Shown: positions 14,947 to 21,654 of the stretch, one piece after another
Layout of the letters: every line of letters begins with the position of its first letter
Position numbering within the stretch: the first letter of the stretch is position 1
Source of the DNA: a virus
Taxonomy: Duplodnaviria > Caudoviricetes
IMG/VR virus record: IMGVR_UViG_3300020043_003188
Location: 1-38,981 of that record
Strand: one strand, 5' to 3'
DNA length: 38,981 bases
Made by a program: the position numbers and the translations under genes
Notes under the pieces: model-generated
The model's database searches: none
What the model saw: the letters and a program-made list of their open reading frames with translations, nothing else
Told to the model about the DNA's origin: nothing

Positions 14947-16220
14947 GCCGTGAGAGATTGGAGTTTCGCGTTGGGCAGGCGTTTGCGGTAGTAGCGGATT
15001 TCAGATATGACTCCAGACTGCATAGGTTGCCCCCCATTGGAACCAATTTGGAATTGTGTAACTGATGGCAGCGTCAGCGATGTTGAGGTCGCACCAATTA
15101 CTCCATTATTAACAAAGGCGGCATCATTAGTATTAAATGCAAAAGCAGATTTAACAAATGTTGTTGATGGCAGATTGGATGCAGAGTTTAACGTTACAGC
15201 AGGAGTTGCCCCAAAAGTAAAACCTCTAGTATTATTCTGGAGCCTATTTACACATATCTGGAATGTATTTGAAGTATTAAAACCACAAACACCAAGTAAC
15301 CCAGTCGTTAGATGATTGAATTGACTCCCAACCAGAATAGTCCCAAGTCCCGCGTAGAATGACGATATGGAAGCAATACTACACATATCCACGCTACGCA
15401 CGACGATACCAGTCGTCGTCGGGATGTAGGAGGTGGCGAAGGAGCCTGCTTCTATTTGCGCGCCCCAGAGGAGAAAGCCAGATGTTCCGTCACCAGCGTA
15501 AAAGTTTGAATTAAGGTTGGCGGATGAAGCTCCACCAAATCTTACGTTCAGGTTTCCGCTTGCTGTGGCTGTAAATGTAACTGAACACCTGCGCCATCCA
15601 TTTCCTACATCTACAAGTGATGTGCTGGCAAAACCATTGAATTGGCCAACTGCAGGAGATGACGCTGATATGTTAAAGTAAGCCACCCAGTCAACACTAC
15701 CATTGGCAATCCCGACTACTGAGATGGTCGCGAAGTTGGTTTCCGCTGCTTTAAAATAAACACTAATTGTGTAGCTCGCGCCTCCAACTAAAGTAACATC
15801 CTGTCGAAATTGGTGAATGGCGTTTGCTGTTGTTGCGATTAGTTTGTCGGCAGTTGTTGCCCCATCAGGTGAGGTCGCGACATTTAGGTATGGTGGAGTT
15901 CCAGTTTGGTTTAAGTTTACCGAAGACCAAGTCGTTCCAAAGTTCTCACTTTGAAGGCAGCTATTCGTCCCGCTCTCCTCGATCAGCAAGCCCCTGCACA
16001 CACCAGCAGAGGTGTGGTCGAAGCGGGGAATGTTTGTTGCGGCACTTTGGATTAGCCCATTGCTGCCCACGAATGTACCACTACTCGCACGGGTGAATGT
16101 AGGCGTTGGGCCTCTCCTCGCAGTCAGAGTCTTGTCAGCCGCGAACTGGAGGTCGAGGGAGAGTCCGTCTGGGTTAAGACCACCACCTCCGTTTAGCATG
16201 TTTCCTAGGACATATTGCAT
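14943..16220 (-). CDS. Head spike/fibre-like virion protein with carbohydrate-binding jelly-roll domains
   Basis: TFTRAS-GT, PRFDH, GLLIEE--TN, GNGW-RC, WGAQ-E-GSFATSYIPT motifs. Confidence 0.75.
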   Translation of the reverse strand: MQYVLGNMLNGGGGLNPDGLSLDLQFAADKTLTARRGPTPTFTRASSGTFVGSNGLIQSAATNIPRFDHTSAGVCRGLLIEESGTNSCLQSENFGTTWSSVNLNQTGTPPYLNVATSPDGATTADKLIATTANAIHQFRQDVTLVGGASYTISVYFKAAETNFATISVVGIANGSVDWVAYFNISASSPAVGQFNGFASTSLVDVGNGWRRCSVTFTATASGNLNVRFGGASSANLNSNFYAGDGTSGFLLWGAQIEAGSFATSYIPTTTGIVVRSVDMCSIASISSFYAGLGTILVGSQFNHLTTGLLGVCGFNTSNTFQICVNRLQNNTRGFTFGATPAVTLNSASNLPSTTFVKSAFAFNTNDAAFVNNGVIGATSTSLTLPSVTQFQIGSNGGQPMQSGVISEIRYYRKRLPNAKLQSLTA

Positions 16221-16221
16221 A

Positions 16222-16998
16222 TTACCAGCGAAGTTGCATGTTAGCGTTTGTGCGGATGCGATTGCTCACAAAACCGCTAGTGTGATTCTCGTCGAGTCGG
16301 ATAAGCTCCTCCGTCAGTAATGCCTCAGCTTCTGCATCTGCTACAGCTGCCTTTTCTTGCTGCCCTTCAGCGCGGAGGTAGTCGGCGTATGTTCCATGAG
16401 CAAGGTATTGGAACCACTCTGCGGGGACACTGGATGTCTCACCAGCACCGTCTCCATAAGTGTCCGAGAACTGCGCTTTGTAGGTAAGGAATGCGGTAGA
16501 TGGGTTAAGATCGCCAGCAACCAGAGTCGCGCCATCAGCGGTCACGGTGAAGTCAAACTCCTGCACGGAGGAGGCAATGTACGGGGCTTGCTTAAAGAAG
16601 CGCAGGAAGGTGTCCACGCTGCTCTTGCCAGTCTCCGAGTATGGGACATAGCCCAAGGCTTGTCTGACAGTCCCTGTGCCAGTTCCTGCGCCAGTAGCGA
16701 CGAAGTATTCGCCAACTGTACTAGCAGCAGCACCGATAAGTGTGAAGTCAGTATCACCAACGGTTTCGATAAAATATCCCGTGCCAGAGACGGTGGTGGT
16801 GACAGCGACTGGATCGTCAGCAAGGTAGCGTTCCTCGCCAATCTTGAGAAAGCGTGTCCAGTAATTGCTTGAGCGATAGGCTCTCTGCGCCCTGCGATTG
16901 ATTAGTGCCTTAATGCGCCCAGTTTCGATGCTGGCGAACACCACGCCACACAGGGCTTGGATCAGCGAGAACAGGTCAGCGTAGGTTCTGGTCTGCAT
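16222..16998 (-). CDS. Putative head-tail adaptor / tail tubular protein A-like
   Basis: Position after the capsid genes; INR---R-Y----W and P-----YL----ADYL pattern. Confidence 0.55.
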   Translation of the reverse strand: MQTRTYADLFSLIQALCGVVFASIETGRIKALINRRAQRAYRSSNYWTRFLKIGEERYLADDPVAVTTTVSGTGYFIETVGDTDFTLIGAAASTVGEYFVATGAGTGTGTVRQALGYVPYSETGKSSVDTFLRFFKQAPYIASSVQEFDFTVTADGATLVAGDLNPSTAFLTYKAQFSDTYGDGAGETSSVPAEWFQYLAHGTYADYLRAEGQQEKAAVADAEAEALLTEELIRLDENHTSGFVSNRIRTNANMQLRW

Positions 16999-17279
16999 TA
17001 GACGGCGTTAGGGGAAAGTTCTGGGTGAAACTTCTGGAAGTCTCGGATAAACTCACGATCATGCCATGCATCTTCACCATATTTATTGCGGATTAGGAAA
17101 TACTCATGCGTGGGGACAACCGCAACGGCTCGGCCCAACGCACCAGTTTGTACTCCACGAAGGGTGTCGGCCTCTTGTGCTGCAGAAATCTCGCGGAATT
17201 TTTGTTTTGTTTCCATGAGCTGGCGACCAGAGCAAAGCTCCTTTACCAACGCATCGGTCATTGCCTCTTCAGATATCAT
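16998..17279 (-). CDS. Hypothetical post-capsid protein
   Basis: Start moved to the ATG at 17279; TAATG overlap. Confidence 0.7.
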   Translation of the reverse strand: MISEEAMTDALVKELCSGRQLMETKQKFREISAAQEADTLRGVQTGALGRAVAVVPTHEYFLIRNKYGEDAWHDREFIRDFQKFHPELSPNAV

Positions 17280-17291
17280 CGTTTGGTTTGG

Positions 17292-17329
17292 AAGAGAGCG
17301 GAGGATGGGGATAGAACCCACCCCCCGCT
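17292..17329 (-). terminator. Hairpin / weak terminator after the capsid genes
   Basis: AGCGGGGGGTGGG-7 nt-CCCATCCTCCGCT (13 bp, G-U pairs on the minus strand), then CTCTT. Confidence 0.55.
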
Positions 17330-17337
17330 GTCAGGGA

Positions 17338-17775
17338 TTAGGCAAAATTGCCGGGATCAAGGATCGTAAGGGCAATAATCCACTCACCAGCAGTCACGGT
17401 TCCCGTGAAGTTGGTTTCGATCACGATGGGCAGTGCGGATGCGCTGTTGTTAACCACACCATTGCCAGTGTTGGCATCTCCACCAACGGTGAACGAGGCA
17501 CCGGTGTTGAATGCGGCCTTGGTGAGTCCATCGAGGTCGAGTGAGTCGATGTACTCGTTTGGATCAGCAGTGGTGGTTCCGACATCGAGAAGGAGGTCGT
17601 TGGAGGTGCCAGCCGAAGTCACTTGCTCAAACACAGCAGCAGAAGTCACGATACCGCCAGGAGGCAGGATAGCGATGGTCTTTTGTGCGCCACTGCCAAG
17701 CGAGGTGATCTCGGCGGCAGTGAGCTTGTAGATGTCAGTGAAACCGTTGAAACGCTCTTGTTGTGCAACTTTCAT
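17338..17775 (-). CDS. Putative capsid decoration/cement protein
   Basis: 145-aa beta-rich protein directly after the MCP; LPPG-IV, L-VG motifs. Confidence 0.6.
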   Translation of the reverse strand: MKVAQQERFNGFTDIYKLTAAEITSLGSGAQKTIAILPPGGIVTSAAVFEQVTSAGTSNDLLLDVGTTTADPNEYIDSLDLDGLTKAAFNTGASFTVGGDANTGNGVVNNSASALPIVIETNFTGTVTAGEWIIALTILDPGNFA

Positions 17776-17809
17776 ATTCTTATTCTTTCTTTCTGATTAT
17801 TGGTTGAGA

Positions 17810-18799
17810 TTAGGAATAAGCGATCTTGCCGTGTGCGCCGGGATGCTTACAAACAAGCGTACCAACCATGTCCACGAAACCACGCTCGCCACCACCTTGG
17901 TTCTCAAGGCGAGTCGAACCCATCGGGATAAGGGTATTGAAGCCGAGATACTTCGGATTCACCACATAACCGCGAGTTGAGGCAGGCATACAGGACGGGT
18001 TGCCGTTGATGACATTAACGATACCGAAGTCGCTTTCGTACAGAGTCACAGCGTGAGTGACCTTCTTGGACGAAGCGTCTTGGTTAACGCGATACACGGC
18101 TTCAGAAGAAGCAGTACCAGACGAACGGGTGAAGTTGCTGATCACCTTGCGGAGGGCAACACCAGCGATAAGGGTGAGGTTATTGGCCTCGCCATTGACA
18201 GTGTAGATCGACGCAATGATGTCATTGAAGGTCGTCTCGTTAGGTGACGATGTGGCAATCGAAGCCGAAGGCGTACGATAAGCAGCAGGAACATCCGAAG
18301 GGCCAGACGAGCTGAGCCAGTTACCAAGGCCACGGAGGGCGTATGGGGTGCCAGCACCGTTCTCAACGCTACGGTCATTGTCTGAGCAGATAGCAGCCTC
18401 AACATCGCGCTTCAGTTCACGCATCGACTTGGCTTCAGCTTGAGCAACATTGGCTGGGCCAACGGAGCTAACAGCTTGTTGCAGGTTCGACACGATGTAG
18501 TCGCGACGGAAGATTTGGGTGTAGTTGCCAAGACGAGCGCGTGAAGCGAACTTGTCGTCAAAGGCAGTAACATCCGTACCTTCAGAGATACCAGCAGTCG
18601 ATGGAGCCGAAAGAACATCGGCAGTCCACTCACTGAAAGTACCGCTTGATTTGCCCTTGGAGCAAAGGCTAAGGAGCGGGGTTTCTTCTGGAGCAAGGAG
18701 AGTCAGCTCGTTGCTGAGATCCTCGCGGTTGGAAATAGCGGAACCCGTGCCGAGTTTGGCTTGGGGCGCATTTGGTTGATAGGTATTCGAGATACTCAT
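17810..18799 (-). CDS. Major capsid protein (SU10/DUF5309-like)
   Basis: NREDLS, ETPLLS, EW--D, NYTQIF, ELKRD-E, YESDFG; follows the scaffold gene. Confidence 0.88.
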   Translation of the reverse strand: MSISNTYQPNAPQAKLGTGSAISNREDLSNELTLLAPEETPLLSLCSKGKSSGTFSEWTADVLSAPSTAGISEGTDVTAFDDKFASRARLGNYTQIFRRDYIVSNLQQAVSSVGPANVAQAEAKSMRELKRDVEAAICSDNDRSVENGAGTPYALRGLGNWLSSSGPSDVPAAYRTPSASIATSSPNETTFNDIIASIYTVNGEANNLTLIAGVALRKVISNFTRSSGTASSEAVYRVNQDASSKKVTHAVTLYESDFGIVNVINGNPSCMPASTRGYVVNPKYLGFNTLIPMGSTRLENQGGGERGFVDMVGTLVCKHPGAHGKIAYS

Positions 18800-18818
18800 A
18801 ATAGTGATTTAATAAAGA

Positions 18819-19862
18819 TTATTTTAACTTAGCGATTCGTGAGGCAACCCAATCATCGACCGAACCAGTCGTTTCAAACCTGCTGTATGCGTCTTTGACC
18901 TTTGCCTTGGTGTTAGAACCAGACTTAGCCGAACCAGATCCAACTGGGGAAGCGGGTGGTGACACCTTCAACTTGTTCCCAGCTCCAGCTTGGATAGCCT
19001 TAGCTTTCTTTCCAAAGATAGACCTTGCCGCATGAGCAAGAATGTATTCAATTTGCATCCCAATTTCTGGGATTTCGCGTTTCACTCTGGAAACTAGGGG
19101 ATCTTCGACTAGCACTTTGTAGTTCTTTCCGATCTCGGACTCTTCGTCTTGGATCTCTGGAACCTCTTTTCGTGCTGCCTCGGAGTACTGTTTGGACATC
19201 TCCCCGAACTGGGCAACCTTGATCAACTGTTGCTGTTGGGCTGGGATGTACTTTGTCAGTGCCTCTTTAGCGTTCCTGTTGGCCTTGCGGATTTGACGCT
19301 TGGTGAACTCTTTATCGCCAACGGTGATGATGTCATCTGGGCCGTAGTCTTCGTGTTCATCCAAGATCTCGTCCGTTGACTCTAGAGTCTTCGTCATTTC
19401 GTCGTAGAACTCTTTGAGGTTCTCGAAGTTATCCAATTTACGGATAGCCTCTGGAATCTCGTTCTCTTCGACTTGACGAGTCATCTGCGGTTGAGCCGCG
19501 AGCTTCTCCTCTAAGGTTCGCTTTTGGGCGGTGAGTTCACCAATCCTTTGAAGGAGGCGACTCTTACCTTTTTTGGCAAGCTCTTGGATCTGCTCCGGCG
19601 AGAGATTCAACAGGTCTATGTCTGACTGCTCCTCGGTTTCCTCTGGCTCCTCCTCGGACTCTTCCTCGGTTTCCTCCACCTCTTCCTCGTCATCTTGACT
19701 GGCAGGTTCGGTTTCTTCGGTTTCCTCGGCATCCTGGGGTTCCTCTTCAGTCTCCTCTGGTGCAGTTGCTTCCCCAATTCTCCGAGCGATAAGCTCCTCG
19801 AATGAGATATTGTCCACCGATTCTTCAGCCTCGGCGTTAGCTTGATTGGTATTGTTAGTCAT
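18819..19862 (-). CDS. Capsid scaffolding protein
   Basis: Very acidic N-terminus, RI-ELTA coiled coil, directly upstream of the MCP. Confidence 0.75.
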   Translation of the reverse strand: MTNNTNQANAEAEESVDNISFEELIARRIGEATAPEETEEEPQDAEETEETEPASQDDEEEVEETEEESEEEPEETEEQSDIDLLNLSPEQIQELAKKGKSRLLQRIGELTAQKRTLEEKLAAQPQMTRQVEENEIPEAIRKLDNFENLKEFYDEMTKTLESTDEILDEHEDYGPDDIITVGDKEFTKRQIRKANRNAKEALTKYIPAQQQQLIKVAQFGEMSKQYSEAARKEVPEIQDEESEIGKNYKVLVEDPLVSRVKREIPEIGMQIEYILAHAARSIFGKKAKAIQAGAGNKLKVSPPASPVGSGSAKSGSNTKAKVKDAYSRFETTGSVDDWVASRIAKLK

Positions 19863-19901
19863 TTTGTACGCTGGTTAACGCCCTGCGGTGGCGATGAGCG
19901 A

Positions 19902-19930
19902 AGTCAAGCATTTAATCCTTACTAAGTCAA
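19902..19930 (-). promoter_or_regulatory. Probable promoter/operator of the scaffold-capsid operon
   Basis: Two TTGACT boxes 17 nt apart; no canonical -10. Confidence 0.4.
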
Positions 19931-20156
19931 GTAGTTTGGTAAGGTATTGAACCCGGTCGCAATTTGCGACCTTAGATTTGCCGCATAATGTCAGAGATAA
20001 TTGGTAGTTTTTCTGACAGAACCCGTGACAAATAATGGGTAGTTTTTGTCACGAGACTTAACGCAAAAACCGCCCCTATTTGTCGTCACCAATGGCGAGT
20101 AGTTTGGCGTTCTGGCTTTATATCGACAGATGTGGCGAGATCACAGATTGTGATCT
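19931..20156. repeat. Array of short palindromes and GTAGTTT motifs
   Basis: Inverted repeats at 19955-19971, 19989-20018, 20024-20053 and 20138-20156; GTAGTTT at 19931, 20004, 20039 and 20099. Confidence 0.85.
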
Positions 20157-20169
20157 TAAAGATTTCCTA

Positions 20170-20197
20170 TTGACGCAGGGTAAGAATGTGGTATTTT
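20170..20197 (+). promoter_or_regulatory. Sigma70-type promoter facing against the late genes
   Basis: TTGACG-16 nt-TATTTT with TGn. Confidence 0.55.
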
Positions 20198-20203
20198 GGC
20201 GTT

Positions 20204-20311
20204 GACGACGAAGTAGGATTCACGTCACCATTCACCCCTCCGGCGCGTAAAGCAATGGGTCTAGGGCTGGCACGAGTTTTCCTACTTCGACTCGTGCTGG
20301 CCCTTTGTTTT
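20204..20311 (+). ncRNA. Candidate structured RNA / attenuator with pseudoknot
   Basis: 15-bp stem 20263-20277/20290-20304 plus TTGTTTT; loop TCCTACTTCG is complementary to CGAAGTAGGA at 20209-20218. Confidence 0.6.
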
Positions 20312-20712
20312 ACCCAAAAAGCTGGTGACATATTCAAGCAACCGAGGAACGCTAAAACGACCGCACGGAAGCTAGGTAAAAATCTCACAAAGGTGCTGCC
20401 TGATGATCGACGAAGCAGCTTAATAAAGTGTGACGATTAGAGAGCTTGATGCCGCCAACTCACAACCTTCGGCTATCTCTAGTTCCAGTTTAGGCTGGTG
20501 TGCATGTCGTCCTTTCCGAAGAATATACGGGAGTTCTAAAAACACAGTTAATCCGTTATGGGCGAACTGTGTCTGCGAGCCTTCCTCGAATGCCGGGAGC
20601 TACCCTTAATACTAAATTAGCACAAATTAGTACTAAATAAGTAAAGTGTAAGTCAACTTAACGGTAGGTAATACTATACGCCATTGAAGTAGTAAGTAAT
20701 ACTTACGAGTTC

Positions 20713-20753
20713 AAAAGAAACGCCCTCGGCAGGGTTTTAATCTACCGAGGGCG
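20713..20753 (-). terminator. Rho-independent terminator
   Basis: CGCCCTCGGTAG-9 nt-CTGCCGAGGGCG-TTTCTTTT. Confidence 0.85.
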
Positions 20754-20811
20754 AGAACCCAAACTAAACGATGATAAACGAAACAAAACGCACCAACCGA
20801 AGTTGAATGCG
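20713..20811 (-). ncRNA. Candidate trans-acting antisense sRNA
   Basis: c(UUCG)g hairpin, 35-nt U-rich linker, 12-bp terminator with U tract; TTGACA at 20840-20845. Confidence 0.65.
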
Positions 20812-20841
20812 AGAAAGAGCTAGACTATTCTAGCGGGTTTG

Positions 20842-21045
20842 TCAAGCTAAGACTGAGAGTAGCTCATCCAGCGTAGAGATGCTTCCTGCGAGCTTCATCA
20901 CATCATTCGATGTCTCTGCTTGACGGAAATCACCAAAGAACCTCTCACGCTCATCGTGGATGAACTGAAGGATAGCGGCGTATTCCTCTCGGTCACGGAG
21001 GGCTTCTACTGCTACTTGGATGCTTGGTTTCGGTATTGGTGTCAT
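20842..21045 (-). CDS. Small conserved-type protein between portal and scaffold
   Basis: Start moved to the ATG at 21045 (MTPIPKP); helical, G-I--LDELL ending. Confidence 0.65.
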   Translation of the reverse strand: MTPIPKPSIQVAVEALRDREEYAAILQFIHDERERFFGDFRQAETSNDVMKLAGSISTLDELLSVLA

Positions 21046-21171
21046 AGTGATGTTAGATTGGCGGCCTATTAACTCGGAAGCGGATTTGGAATCCGATGAC
21101 CGTCCCCATTTGATCATGGCTCGATAGGCCGAACGAGCATAGCCTTGGGAATTGACCTTGTTAGGATAGTG

Positions 21172-21324
21172 TTACTTGCGTTTTTCTGCGCGTTTGATCT
21201 TGCGTTCTTGCTTGAGCATTTCCTTGGTTGGCTTCTTGCCAGAACCAGCAGCGGCGCGGATGTTGTCCCACATGCCGCGCTTGGACATGGAACCATCCTT
21301 GCGCTTGATCATCTTGGCTTTCAT
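21172..21324 (-). CDS. Small basic protein, 50 aa (not in the ORF track)
   Basis: Hand translation MKAKMIKRKDGSMSKRGMWDNIRAAAGSGKKPTKEMLKQERKIKRAEKRK. Confidence 0.75.
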   Translation of the reverse strand: MKAKMIKRKDGSMSKRGMWDNIRAAAGSGKKPTKEMLKQERKIKRAEKRK

Positions 21325-21327
21325 GGC

Positions 21328-21459
21328 TTACTTGCGTTTGGCGGTCTTCTTAGGCGCACGACTCATCTTGATTTCAATCTCGACATAGCCTTTGCCTTTA
21401 CCTTTGCCTTTACGCTCCATCTTTTCGTGGCCGCAGCCACATGATTTACCTTTTTTCAT
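21328..21459 (-). CDS. Small basic protein, 43 aa (not in the ORF track)
   Basis: Hand translation MKKGKSCGCGHEKMERKGKGKGKGYVEIEIKMSRAPKKTAKRK. Confidence 0.7.
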   Translation of the reverse strand: MKKGKSCGCGHEKMERKGKGKGKGYVEIEIKMSRAPKKTAKRK

Positions 21460-21462
21460 AAG

Positions 21463-21651
21463 TTACTTGCGTTTCTTTGGCATGCCAGCAGAGCTAAGGG
21501 CAATGGCAACTGCTTGCTTACGGTTCTTAACGATAGGGGCTTTCTTTGGGCCTTTGGGGTCACGACCAGCGTGGAGAGTACCTGCTTTGTACTCACGCAT
21601 GACTTTCCCAACTTTCGCCTGTTTGGCCGCTTTTGATTTTGGCTTTTTCAT
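21463..21651 (-). CDS. Small basic protein, DUF6496-like
   Basis: KV-KVM-EYK-GTLH-G...V--RKQA-AIALS-A. Confidence 0.8.
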   Translation of the reverse strand: MKKPKSKAAKQAKVGKVMREYKAGTLHAGRDPKGPKKAPIVKNRKQAVAIALSSAGMPKKRK

Positions 21652-21654
21652 AAG

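Noticed and set aside
19931-20156. CRISPR mini-array
   Set aside because: There are no identical repeats with regular spacers and no cas genes.
20186-20440. 84-aa plus-strand ORF (and 20167-20388 on the minus strand)
   Set aside because: The start lies inside the promoter, the ORF crosses a terminator, and the sequence is not protein-like.
20771-20806. 11-codon plus-strand ORF MINETKRTNRS with an A-rich leader
   Set aside because: It is too short, and the wobble pairs and UUCG loop favour a minus-strand RNA. It remains the main alternative explanation for the sRNA matches.
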